Assembly: GCF_009914755.1 (NCBI RefSeq)
Contig: NC_060936.1
DNA length: 64,000 nt
Reading direction: 5' to 3' (one strand)
DNA from: the human T2T-CHM13v2.0 reference genome, Homo sapiens
Below, one piece after another: positions 29,496-43,519 of this stretch. A program made the position numbers and the translations under genes. Position 1 is the first letter of the stretch; every line of letters begins with the position of its first letter. The notes beneath the pieces were generated by a model, which did not search any database, was not told the DNA's origin, and worked only from the letters and a program-made list of their open reading frames with translations.

Positions 29496-32400
29496 GGGAA
29501 TCTTTGTCAACGTTTTAAAAATGAACTGATGCCAAACAGGATCTGACACTGTATCTAGTACTGCACTGAAAATTTTACTTTAGAGAGTGAAGCAGTATTT
29601 ATAACAATGGATGGGATCTTGTGGCTTTTTGGGTGATCACAAGAGCAGGAAAGATCCCTACGGCTTCACAGGGTACCAGACACTTGGCATTTTGTCACAA
29701 TAATCTATTTCACCTCCTAGCTATGCTAGGATATTAATTTACCTAAGAATTGTCTTTTCTTAAATTGGGTAATACATAGGTCTAATGTGTATATGTGATC
29801 ATTATAGTAGTTTATGAATCAGACTCAAAGGTGTGAAAGGATCTTCTGGAATCATATAATTCCCTACTGTCTTCACCTTCAGTGAAGACCAGATTTCAGT
29901 GTGTGCGTGTGGTGGAGAAAGGAGGGATGTAACTTATTTACCACAACATCCCTAGCACCCAGCAAAGGGCTGGCACAAAGACAGCACTCAAATATTTTAA
30001 CAAACAAATAAAGGAAGGAAGGAAGGAAAGATTACTACTGTTTTGGCCAGTTAAATATGTAACATGAACTCAAACTCCATTCAGTGGTTCCAAGGCATCT
30101 TGAGTGAAACATATATAACCTCCTTTGTCCTCCTGGTTTGGTTAGAAGCAAAGGGAAGAATGGTGGTTGTGATCAATGAGAACACAGATAACTGGGTTTT
30201 GTAGTTGTTACCCAACTAATCCTAGTTTTTTAAAAAATGTATTGTATTTATTCACATAATAGGTAAGATTATAAATCACTCCAAAGACATAACATCTGCT
30301 TATAAAACAGCCTCACATGCTCTTTATAAGTCCAAATTGAAAGTTCTCTTTTAGTCTTCATGATGATGCCTCAGGAACAGATTCAGCTGTTTTGGGTCTG
30401 GGTTCAAGTCCACTGAATGTCAAGTTTTTAAATTTTATTTAAGCCCTTCATGCTGAAGCTCAAATTCATGTTATCACATTGCTGTCACTGAAGGTCCTAC
30501 TCAACCTTCACCTCTCCAAATTAGACCACCCTTGCTTGCTCTTTATACTAGCCCCTCATAACTCTGAACTTTATATTAAACATTTATTATATTGTGCACA
30601 TTATATTTTATTGTACTCATTTGAAGGCACAGTTAGTTTTCTTTGTGAGGGTTTCATGAGGGCAGTCATGCACCCAGGTCAGCGCCTTGCATATATTTTT
30701 ATATGATAATTACTTAATGTATATACCCTTATCTATTTGTCATGAGGCTTCAGACTTTTTATGGCTCCCCTTTGACCCATCTTTCAAAAATAAGTCCTAG
30801 TCTACATTTGCAATGGATCCCCAAATGGACCATTACCACCACCACCACCACCCCATCACCCCACCACGCCCCCTACCACTCCCCAGATAATCTCTCCATT
30901 GCTTTCACTTCCATTTGATTTTACATCTCTTTCAGTAGCTGCCACAGAGAGCCTTGTATTATAATTACATAATCAGGTATCTTTCTACCCTATTAAATTG
31001 ACAAGAATCCAGAGTCAGAACTCAGTAGTATTCATCTTTGTGCTGCCTGCAGGATGTGGCCCAGAGATTGGGGTACAAATAATTATATTATGCTATTATT
31101 GATTACAGGCACCAATTGAGATTGGCTAAGCCTTTCCCTAGGGTTTCTAGCCAGTTTAATAAGCTAATTTAGGCTCATTTTTTAGCCCTGCCAAGTGTAA
31201 CTGCAAAGAGGAAATGCTTTTTTTGTTGTTGTTGTTCATTGTTTTTTTCATAAATAACTCTACAGGTTTCCTAAAAGTTTGCTTTTCAGAAACCACTTGC
31301 AAGCATGCAATCTGTCTCCCCTACTGTCCACACCTCCACAGGGCAGAAATTGTGAGTAAACTGCCATTCCTATAGTGTCCCGGCAGGTCTGCCTAAGCTT
31401 TCAAAACTGTCCTCAAACTTTTTTAGTCAAATTTTACTCTGTGTCTAATACTCAGTTGACAGGAAAACTGAAATGCTGGTCATCAAAATCTTCTTAAGGC
31501 TTTAAGCAAATAAGGAGATATGGGTAAACATGACTATTATTCAATGTCAGTTTTATTCCTCAGCTATAACACCTTTATAATTTAACTGCTTTGGTACAAT
31601 ACAGGAGCTTTAAATACCTCTCACTCTCTGCCAGATGAGGAAGATGAACAGTCATGGGGGACAAAATGTTTTAATTCATAGAATTTCAAGAGAATACAAC
31701 CTAAAACCCATTTTAAAGATTTCTTCCTTTATTCTAATTGTCACACATTAATTTCTCATTATTTGCTTCATACTATGTACAAACACAAATGAGCTAAAAA
31801 ATCCGTAAAGTCAGAAGCTAACTTGGTAGCAACAGGCTGACAATTACCATAATGGATACATATGAATTCTATAACCATATACATTGATCCAGCTTCAGTA
31901 ACAGCAGCAAATGCTATCCCTGGAAGAAACAGGGGAGGGGTAGCTTAAGGTGGCTGTATTAGGAAACAAGCCACTAGGAAGCATGCGATCTTCAATTCTA
32001 GTTCCTCATTAACATTCATCCAAAAAACAAGGGGGAAATAGTGTGTAAAAAGCAAGGTCAGATCTCAAAACAGGTGGATGTTACATTTTCACATCTAGCT
32101 CTGGAATCAGTAATTTGTTCATTTTTGTGCCTTTTCCGGCTCCACAGGTAAAGCAAGATGCCCAAATGTCTGTTTTCAAAATGAACCCTGCAGTGACTTG
32201 CATTTTAAACAGCATGGTGCATTATCTTTAATAATAGCACTGGCCACATTTTGGAGGAAGTTAACTGTCTCAGCAAATGACAGAAAATGATCCTTTCACA
32301 TCTGCAGCTAGTAATCTAAGCTCTGAATAGTGATTCATTCACATCAGTCAGTCAAATAATGGCCTAATTCCTCTTCCAAATTTATACTGCTTATTGTCTT

Positions 32401-32779
32401 ATGGAACAATCACATATGCAAAGCCTTCAAGGCTTTGCATTCAAAAATGTCAAGTTAGGAAATAGATCACCTGAATGAGAAGAAACAAAGCTATCATCTG
32501 ACACCAGTGCTTGCCACCAGGCCCTTCACATCCCAAGGGACAAAGCCCCTGCCTTGAAAAAACCTAAGGAGAGGGCACATCCATTGTTGCTGTGGGGGCC
32601 ACCTTCTGCCTAGAATTTCCTCAGTAGGCTTCTCTTTCACTTCTTAAGAGACATTCAAGAGTTAGAAGCACAGAATTAAAAAGGAATACAGCATGCGCTA
32701 ACAGAGAACATTATAAACCCAAGAGGCTGAAAGAGAAAGTAGGCATGTGTGCTTGTCTTCTGGGGAGGTGAAGACGTGA

Positions 32780-33151
32780 GGATAATCTGTTCTCATGCTG
32801 CTATGAAGAAATATCCGAGACTGGGTAATTTATTTAAAAAACAGGTTTAATTGACTCACAGTTCCACATGGCTGGGGAGGCCTCAGGAAGCCTACAATCG
32901 AGTCAGAAGGAGAAGCAAATACATCCTTCTTCACATGGTGGTGGGAAGGAGGAGTGCAAAGCAAAGGGGGGAAAGTCCCTTATAAAACCATTACCATTAG
33001 ATCTCGTGAGAACTCACTATCATGCAGACAGCATGGGGGTAACCACCCCCACGATTCAATTACCCTACCGGGTCCCTCTCATGACACATGGGGATTATAG
33101 GAACTACAATTCAAGATGAGATTTGGGTGGGGACACAGCCAAACCATATTA
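32780..33151 (-). mobile_element. THE1 (C/D-like) MaLR solo LTR
   Basis: Reverse complement of THE1: tttaattgactcacagttccacatggctggggaggcctca ... gagatttgggtggggacacagccaaaccata. Confidence 0.92.
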
Positions 33152-34498
33152 CAGGGGATGTTGAAAAGAATCAACAATCAAAACCTTGAAAGTATACCTT
33201 TCAAGCCTAAAGATCTTAATATATATCCATTTAAAAAATCAAGAAACAAAACAGGCACAAAGCTCTATGTCACCTAAACTGATAATTATGGGAAAAGCAG
33301 AAGTCAGACTTTGAAAATGATTTATATAAACTGTTTCATCTTTCAGATGAAGAAAATGAACTGTAGAAAATTCTCCAAGTTGTCCAAGGTCATATGGTGA
33401 TAACCCTGATTATGACGTACTGAATCCCTGACGCATCTCCTACAACTCAGTGTTGAAAGGCTCAGCATGCCTTGGTGCTCCTCCTTCCAAGCGTAAAGAT
33501 TAAATTTACAACATCACTATAACCTCTGCCTTCTAAAGAATCATATTCCAATATCCCCTGCTCCGATTTACAGCAGTTTGAATTGTTGCTATTAAGTTTC
33601 CTCGCCACAGAAACAATGGGGTTGTTGGATGAACATGGCTTAACACTGACTGGGTGTGGGAAAATGAAACTGCACTGTCTCTTATTTCGTGTTTTATCAT
33701 TTACCCAGCACTTCCAGATGCATCATCTTCCTTAACACTCAACACTCCTATGTGGCAGGAAGAGCAGGCATTACACCTCCCTTCTTCTAGATAAGAAAAC
33801 TGAGTCTCAGACCTGCCTAATGGCAACAAAATGTAATACGAGTAAGACGATATTGGAAACTAAGACAGGCAGTGAGATTTATTGAGATTAGCATCAGCTT
33901 AAAAATTGAACTAGACTAGGTTAAAATCCCACTTGCTTCTTTACTAGCAAAATAAGCTATGGGCCTCATTTCTCTCCTCTGAATCGAAGCTACCATAACC
34001 ACCTTCCTTCCAGGCATTTTTGAGGATTAGACAGAGATTCTGCAAAATGCCTGGCACAGCAGCAGTCTCTCAGCAAATGCCGGCTAGCATTAGGAAGCAC
34101 TAAAATTAAACATTCCAACAAATCACAAGTTTCAAGTCCTGGAAACAGTAAGTAGTTAATACTAACAGTTTCATTTAAACTACAGAATCTTCAGACATGG
34201 AGCTGACAACAGATGATTAGCTTCAGTTGACATTTATAGCCATCCCCTTTTCTATTTGTTTAAATATTTCTGGCTCTATTGACTTTCTATGACTTTTTGC
34301 AGGTTGCTTTCTCCTCGTCAGACACATTGCACACTTTGTATATTCAAATACATGTCTTATTCTCCATTTTACTCCCAGTAATAGATCGTTTAATTCCAGA
34401 ACAGAAGCCATATGGTTATAGAGAAAGAGGCAGGTGAGGAAACGAACCCTCACCGCTAAGACTTCCTGGAAGGAATCAGTAAGTCTCATTCCCTTAAG

Positions 34499-34822
34499 CA
34501 GGGCATAGACCCAAACATTTCCTGGGCCAGAATGCTGTATCTAGGGCACCGTGGTGCTTGCAGCAAGCTGGAGAGCATGTGTCCCTTCTAAAGGGGCAGC
34601 TTGTACACAGCTCCAGCTGCCTGGGAATATGGCTCAGTGTTACCAAGTCTCCAGGCATTTCAAGGAAAGCCAAGAATCTGTATTATGAAAAATTTCTAGA
34701 TTTTTGAAAATACAACGTGGGCCAAACAAAATAATGCTTATGTGCAAATCTGGCCCAAACCAAATAATGCTTATGTGCAAATAATGCTTATGCGCAAATC
34801 TGGTCACCAACATTTCCTGTGT
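34499..34822 (+). mobile_element. MER102-like hAT fossil containing an internal tandem duplication
   Basis: cagctccagct...ccagtgttacc-like core and gtgggccaaacaaaa. Confidence 0.6.
34718..34803. repeat. Nested tandem repeat (33-bp unit twice, 17-bp unit three times)
   Basis: aaataatgcttatgYgc occurs three times. Confidence 0.9.
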
Positions 34823-35728
34823 TACCCTAAAGCCTTCTGAGATCTAATACACCAAATTGCAGAGAAACTCTGCCCTAGAGTTTTCTACCTGGAAAATTGT
34901 GCAGAGAGCAAAGATCATGACAGACCCAGAGAGCGGGCTGCTGACCTAAAAAGGATGAAATCTTAAACAGAATCCACTGGAAAGTAGGAAGATGGAGAAG
35001 TCGGGGGTTAGGATATAAGATGGCTACTGGCCCCAGGAGAGGCAAGAGTTCTAATGGTCAGAAGATGACAGTGAGAGTGATTAGCTGGAAAACAAGGCCT
35101 TTGAGAGAGGTTTTTGCATGAAAAAACAGATATAAGGGCTTTTCACTACATATAAGGCTGTGACCTAAATAAACTTGAATGTCTGCGAGAGGCAAACTGA
35201 CTTGAATACTTCTGAGCATCTATCGAGTCTTCAAGGCTTTCAGATGCATGAATGATATATGATCCTTAGGCCTCTTTCAAAGACTTTGTTTTGATGACAT
35301 AACCCATGCCTCTTTGAATGTCATTTCTAGAGGGCTGAAATTGAAAAAACTTGGAATAAAAAGAAATGTAAAAGAATCTTTGTGAATTTGGTGTACAGCT
35401 TTAACAGATATGTACAGACATCTATCTTCTCTGATGAAACAAACCTAGAAGTAGCAAAGAGAGGCAGCACTTTAATATCATATTTAGAAATATATGACTC
35501 ATGGCATAATCAACTTTAAAAAATGTGCTGAGAAAATCCATTAGTCAGAGATTCCAATCATTCTTTTATATATGAAAGGCAGAGATATAGTAAAACACCA
35601 ATTTATCCTTTATCATCTAATTTAACAGACATCATTTCAATCTTTTAAAAATGCTTTAGTGAAAATTCAATACATTTTTAAATGGAGATTTTTGCTCTCC
35701 AAGGTAGAATAATATCAAATAACCCTAA

Positions 35729-36114
<386 letters not shown>

Positions 36115-36805
36115 TAAGTAAAAATGATTATAACTTTAACCACACCCCATTATTCACAAATGTGGACTTTATAGGCCACATATTCCTATTCAGAGATACT
36201 CATTCAAAATGCAAAAGGGTATCTAATACTATGGCTAAATTGTTGATTACCTATATTCCATTTCCCACAAGTGAATTTTCAATGGACTCACTTTCACACA
36301 TAAGGTAATATAACAATTAGTGTTCCCCAAAAGAAAGCAAATATGTAGAGGCAATACTGTCATTCTCCATAAGCCTAAGTTTGGAAATTTTTAAATTTGC
36401 TTGTTAAGTAAGAGTTAATCTGACTCTTACTATAGGCACTATAGGGTTGCTATTGTCTTACACCGTACCATCAAGGTGAATGAAAAGGGAGAACTGAATT
36501 TCAGGAAAAAAGTGGGTTTAATTTTAAAGCTGGAAAAGGGTTCAGGGATATTTTCTCATTTGACAGACACAGGAAACACAGTCACTAAATATGTCTAAGA
36601 CCACTGCCCAATTTGTCAGCAGAATTCAGGTATCCTAATTTCATTCCCAATGCTTTTTCCATTATCGAGGCTCTTGATAAAAACTGGCAAAGCAATAAAT
36701 CTAACCATGAGACATAAGGATCTTTTCTAGCTCCATTCATCCACATCATTGTTATAATCTCATTTTGCACATTTATCTGCTAGCACCAACACTTTAAGTT
36801 TAGAG

Positions 36806-37000
36806 CACTGGTTCTACTGCAGGGGATATTTGACAATGTCTGAAGACAGTTTGGTTGCAGCAGCCAGGTAAGGGTGCTACAGGCATCTAGTGGGCAGAGC
36901 CCAGGGATGCTGGCAAACATCCTGTAATGTGCAAGACAGCCCTCGACAACAAAAATTAGCCCACCCAAAATGTCATTAGTGCCAAGGCTACAAAAGGCTG
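36806..37000. mobile_element. MER20 (hAT-Charlie)
   Basis: ggcatctagtgggcagagcccagggatgctggcaaacatcctgtaatgtgcaagacagccc...ccaaaatgtcattagtgccaagg. Confidence 0.88.
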
Positions 37001-38351
37001 GTCTACAGGTAAAGTAAGAAGGTGGGCGCTTCTACAAAGCAAGTTTGCAGTAATAAAGTTGGGTATGGCATTACTGTTGAAGCATGGTACATAACTTGTA
37101 AGGTAAGAACTAATATTGGTTTAAAAAAATCAGAAATAGGCATTATATTTAAAGAAGATAACATGAACCTAGAGTGACTGGCCACTTAGCTGACATTCTC
37201 ATGCCACCAGAATTTGTGAACTGTGCAATGAGCACTTGCTGGTTTTGTCTGCTATATAGAATTTTAGCTTTGCAGGATTGCAGGATATTTAGCATTGCTG
37301 TCAGTTTAGAACAACCAAGTTACTTTTATGTTGCAGGAACAAAATATACGTAGATATATGAAAACTTTTTTAATATTGAAATTCATGCAGGAAAATTAGA
37401 TTTGGAAATCCAAACCTCTCTTTAACCCTTAACCACTTTATCTTCCCACTGAGAACTTCTTAAATCAAAGCAGTCATTCTTAAAGCTAGAATTATCACAT
37501 AATAATAGTGGAACAGATTCACACACACAGGTACAATATGAGTAAAATGTTTTTATGAGAAACTTGCTTTCAATATGCAACTCAAGTTCCCTTAAGCTAA
37601 GCCTACAAGAAATGGCACAAATTTGAGTAAACTGTTTCCCCTGCATGACCTTTGAAAATACTTTTGAAGTCCAAAAGGCCTCAATAGACTATTTTAGGAT
37701 TATTACTTTTTAAAGGTGAAGCTTTAAGATGATAATTTGAGCAATCACAATGAGAAATGATAAACTGCCAATAATACTTAAATGTCCACTCCTCATTAGG
37801 GCCAAATGAATTCTCTCTCGGCAGAGGGAAAGAGCACTTGGCTGGCTGGCCAAATCCTGTGGATAATTATTTTTCCTTTTGCTCATTCTCTCCAATTAAG
37901 AGTGAAGACTATGTCTGTCACTAGGGAGGGATTGCAAAGAAGCCCCTCCTAAGAAGGTGTCCTTTCATTTTATTTAGTAGCCTGACAAGGATCTGGTCCA
38001 AGCTTTTCAGAAAGACGTCACCAGATCTCCTCAGCTCCCCAGAATAACTCTCTGTCCAAGCAGCTGGCTTCCAACCATCCCACAAACTGCCATCCAGAGA
38101 CACATTTATTCATGTGGTTCCTTCCCTCCACCCCATCACCGTCACTGTCTGTAATATCCTCCCCTCCTCTGTCTCTCTAGTCTCCACATGCCCTTCAGGG
38201 TTCAGCTCCTAGTTTTGACCTCCCTGCTCTCAAACCTTCCCACTAGGAACTTCACCCTCACTTGAATTCCAACTGTATTCTCTCTGGATCATTTTTTCTG
38301 GCCCTTTGTCATTTTTTTAAAATCTCTTCTAGATTATTAAAGGTCTCACTT

Positions 38352-38572
38352 AACCTCCGTCTCCCGGGCTCAAGCTATTCTCATGTCTCAGCCTCCTGAG
38401 TAGCTGGGACTACAGGCATGTGCCACCACGTCCTGCTAATTTTTTTTATTTCTAGTAGAGATGGGGTTTTGCCATGTTGCCCAGGCTGGTCTCGAACCCT
38501 GGGATCAAATGATCCACCTGCCTTGGCCTCCCACAGTGCTGGGATTACAGGCCTGAGCCACCATGCCTGGCC
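38352..38572 (-). mobile_element. 3'-truncated, tailless AluJ(b) flanked by 14-bp direct repeats
   Basis: 5' end intact; stops at GGAGGTT; repeats taaaggtctcactt (38338-38351) and taaagggctcactt (38573-38586). Confidence 0.9.
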
Positions 38573-39091
38573 TAAAGGGCTCACTTCTAACAGGTTTCTC
38601 TTTCTAGGTAAAGAGAATATTAAAAAGTATATTTTTCAGACTCCCTATAAGACCCAGTTAAACACCCAAATTGTTCTTGACCAGTAGTAACCACTTAATG
38701 CATAAGTAGCCACAGCGACTATTGGGTCCCAGCTCAGTTTATAAATTCCCTAAACTTCCAGCTCAGCAAAAGAGCTTTTTCTCAGCATGCATTTATACAA
38801 GCCAACGTCTGTGGTGAACTCCAAGCATTCTCTTCCAAGCAGTCTAGTTATGTCAGATGTGGGAGGGGTGTCATTGGAGTAAGAAACTGCGAAGAGGGAA
38901 AGCCAAGAGACTTGTGTCAAGCTGTTTTTTTACTCTCTTCTTCCTGTGTCCCTTGATCTCAGCAGGGCTCCCCGACCCTGTCCTTTTGATGTCTTGCTAT
39001 CCCACTGGGAGGTAAAGAGCCTGTCCAGTTCCTCCAGGACTAGGGTTTGGAGCACTGACTTTGGTACTTCCTGACATCTACACTTATCCCC

Positions 39092-39597
39092 TCTGGTGGT
39101 TTTAAAGCCTGTTCACAAATTCCTTGACATCCATCCCTTCAAAAAGTGAAGCCTAATTCCCTCCCTCCTAAGTGTGGGCAAGACTTAATGACTTGCATCT
39201 AGTTTATAAAATATGGTGGCAGGAAGAGTGTGTAAACAGGTGGTAAAAGACATCAAGGCTTCCTCTTTGCTCTTTTGGATCATTCACCACGAGGAAGTCA
39301 GCTACTATGTCATGAGGGCACACGGCAAAGAACTGAGGTTTCCTACCAAAAACTAGCACTAACTGGCCAACCACAGGAGTGAGCCATTTCAGATAGGATC
39401 CTCCAGCACCAGTCAAATCTTCAGATGCCTATGACTCCAGCTAATATCAGGATGGGAACCTCATGAGAGGCTGAGCCAGAAATACCCAGATAAGCCGCTC
39501 CCAGATTCCTGACCCACAGAAACAGTGTGACATAATAAATACTTGTTTTAGGCCACTGAGACTGGGATAACCTGTACAGCAATAGATAACTAGTACA
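39092..39597 (+). mobile_element. MLT1F-like MaLR LTR
   Basis: cacaaattccttgacatccatcccttcaaaaagtgaagcctaattccc ... attcctgacccacagaaac...cagcaatagataactagtaca. Confidence 0.85.
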
Positions 39598-40288
39598 GCA
39601 CTGTTCCCCTTTCTCCATTCTGTCACTTAGAATTGAGTCCATGACGCTCATCCCTAGGGATGAGCTCCTTCAAGGCCAGTCTTAATCAGTATTTCTCTAC
39701 CCTGCTCCCTTCCACCCCACACCCCATGCTTTCCCCCTCCTGCCTCAAGGTTTCACATACAGCAGGCATTCCACAAATGTTTATTCAAGAAATACCTCCA
39801 GTTCCAGCCTTTCCTGTGGCTCATTCACAACCCAGAAAAATGTACCAAAAAGCTGAGTTGATCCTCGAATGCTTACAGAACTTAAGACAGTGCATGGTAA
39901 TTTGTAACCTGTCTCCTGATTATGAAGAGTTTATTATTAATACAGGATCTGGATTTGGAGCATTAAATTTGGCTGACACTTTCATCTGTCTGTGCTAATC
40001 TAATGCTAAGTCATAGCTTCAATGCCTTTATCTCCATGGTCCTCACTTCAGATAATCAGTCATTTACTTTATCAGTCACTTACTGCACATTAGAAGTGCT
40101 GAAAATTCTATTTTACACCAGAGCAATGGTCCTTCAAACTTTGTATCTTTAAACTTTCCCCTTTGATTGTTTTGCCCTCTTACCTACTTTCCTTCTGAAT
40201 TCACCTTCCTGCCTCCTCCCATAGACCCATATTAGTGCTAAATATAACCGCAGGGAAACAAAACACGCTAGGATCTCATCATAGCTGA

Positions 40289-40587
<299 letters not shown>

Positions 40588-41765
40588 TGAGTACATTTAT
40601 CCAGCAAAGAAAGCAAATGTTCTTTTGGAATTTGCTTATGATGCCCAAAAACCAGTGTTAGGAGCAAAATGCATTGCCTTTTCATGGGCATCACAGCAGC
40701 TGGTGTAAATGCCCATATTACGTTCTGGGGTGCTTCCAGAGGGTTGGTTATGTTTTTCATTTTGTCACTATCGTCTCAGTGTCTCACCATGTCTAACAAG
40801 ATGTAATAGGACTGTGGGACTTCGACAAGGTTGAGAGCAGTGTAGGTTACCAAAAGGCTGCCAAATGCATGATAACTGCCCTCCTCCCCTGGCTTGTCCT
40901 AAACCTGCAGTGTGCTACCAAGGATTGAAAGCAGTTTTCTTAATACCAAGAACAGTTCAAGGCCAATCAGACTTCTTAGAAGCCAGGTGTATGACACCAT
41001 GGTCTGTTCTGCTCAATCTACATCCCCCTTAATAGCATCTGGAAATTAAGGATTTGTTATAGATTCCCTGTAAAGACCATGTAACATCTGAGCCTGAACA
41101 ACGTGTAGGTCGCAAGCTGGAGCCCGCTTCCTGCTAGGGCCATCCACAAAGCCTTCCCTGCCTCGGCGACTCAGGCAGAATTGTCTCTGCTCTGGCAGTG
41201 AAGAACCTGGGTTAAAGAGCAGCAGATCCCACACTTGCCCCTCCCCCAAATAGATAAACCCACAGCTGGATTTTAAAAACAAGGACGGCATCCACTGAAC
41301 ACCATCTTATTGACCGCTACTGAAACATTCACTGTTTCTGTAGCAACTAATTCTCAGCAGGAAATGAGCTCAAATTTTAATTTTTACTTTTAAGAGCTGT
41401 TTACACTTACCTCAAGAATATTACAATACCCTGTACAAATATGCACAGGAGAAGATGCATAACTTGAGATACGGAAGTGCCAATGGGGAAAAGAACTGCT
41501 TCAGAGATGATAAAAAAACATGGCAGCAGCCACTGGCACACAAATGGGTGCGCACGATGGTGCAAACACTACGCACAGGGCTGTTTGCGCATTGTCATCT
41601 AACACCCTCAATCTCCAATGAGTTCCTCAGGATACCCAATTTCTCACTTAAGAAGCTGAGGTTCCCTAAGCCTGTAAAACTTGTCCAGAGTTACACAGCC
41701 AAAACTAGAAGAACCTGGATAAAAACCAGGTGTAAATGACTCCCAGACCTGGTCTGAACCACTCA

Positions 41766-41800
41766 CTGTACCCACTGTGTGCTGTACCCACTATGTGCTG
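41766..41800. repeat. 16-bp tandem duplication
   Basis: ctgtacccactRtgtg twice. Confidence 0.8.
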
Positions 41801-42099
41801 CGAAGTACACACAGTCACACAGATAACAACATGACTTGTGCCTCTGGAGGTACACCTTGCTGTATATGATGTCATACACTGATTCATCAATACCCTATAT
41901 GTGGCTTTAGATATTAAGAACAAGGGTATAAAGGTACATTGCAATGAAAACAACCATCTTCCTGGAGTTTCTCTTATGGATTTGTTTTCACAGTATTTTC
42001 ATTTTATCATTTATTTATGTATTACAAATAATGTTTTAGTACTCTTATTAAAGTCATTTAAAATCTTTTACTTTCAAATGTTTTTATATTTGACACTTC

Positions 42100-42310
42100 A
42101 TTCATTTTAAGATTTATTCTAAATTCTTTACACATATAAATTCACTTAATCCTCAGAATTCAAAGGGGCATGTAATATTAATGGTACCATTTTATAGATG
42201 TGCAAACTGAAGCACTTGCCCAAGGTCCTAGAGTAACAGAGGGAGGATTTGGATGCAGGCAATGTGACTTCAGAAACTACAACTTAGCCACTAGACACAC
42301 TGCCTCTATG
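42100..42310 (-). mobile_element. MIR
   Basis: ccattttatagatgtgcaaactgaagcacttgcccaaggtc. Confidence 0.7.
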
Positions 42311-42314
42311 CTAC

Positions 42315-42825
42315 ATTCTTAGCTGGTTCCCTGCCTCCAAGCCTTGCTGTCCTTCAAAACCACTACCACATAAAAGATCTCTCTGTGGATATTCTAACTT
42401 AAAACAGGAGCATGACAACATCCCATCTCCCGCTCAAAGTCCTTGCAAGGACTTCTCAATGCACTTGGGATAAAATTCAAAGTTCCGTAACCTGGCCTGA
42501 AACCGTGTATGAGCTAACCCCTGCCTCCATCACAGCCTCAAGAATGCTTCCTCTGAGTCTACTCTCTGGTCTTTTTCTTCAAACACATCATAATATTTTT
42601 AACTTCAAGGCCTTCAAACATGCTGTACCATGTGTGTGAGTCACTCTTACCCCCAACTCTTTTCTCAGCTGACTTCTGTTCACTTTTTACAGGTTGCCTT
42701 ACAGTGCCTCAGAGAGAGGCCTTCCCAATCCTTCATCGAGGAGCAGGACCATGTTTAGATGCTCCCAGTACCCAACACAGGGCCTGGCATATTGCAGATG
42801 TTCAACAGATACTTGTTGAACAAAC
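42315..42825 (+). mobile_element. L2 3' fragment
   Basis: Ends cacagggcctggcatattgcagatgttcaacagatacttgttgaa. Confidence 0.6.
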
Positions 42826-43519
42826 ACTTGAAGTGCTACTCTAATCCCAGGAACTATCAAAAGCAGAAGGGAGGGTAGGACATCCACAGTAATTACATAG
42901 TGCAGTGAAATAAACTCTATGACAAAAATATGGGGAGGTATTGTGGGAGAAACGGAGAGGAAGCAAAGCTGAGATTGGAGATGCCTTGAGTCAGGGAGGG
43001 CATCCAGAGAAGAATCTAATCTTGGACTCGAATTTGACGAAATTGTGCACTAGTGAAAAGGGATGGAGCCAGGGCCTTGCAGCTCATTTTAGGAGGCTGG
43101 CCATTAGACTACAGAATTTGGGTAACCATAGAGGGGTTTTTAGCAATCAGATTTTGCTCCAGACAAAGCAGAAGAGAGATGAGAGGCTGACTGTAGGTAG
43201 GGAGATCAATGAAGAGGTCATTTCAGTTTTTCAAGAGAAATGAGAGGACAGCCTGAAGCAACATGGTGACAGCGGAAATGGGTGGAAATGGAGAAAAGAA
43301 TGGATTTGAAAGATACTAAAGAGAAAGAATTTAGGGGACACAATCACAGATTAGACATGCTGAATAGGGGAGAAAAGAAGATTCTCTGGTTTCTGGCTTT
43401 GTCGACAGGACAGAATGGTTCTCTTAATGGATTAGGAGGGAATATGGGAGGATGACAGGTTTGTTCTTAGACTGGAACACCCAGGGACTTAATGCTAATA
43501 TTAGACTCTTATAGAACAT

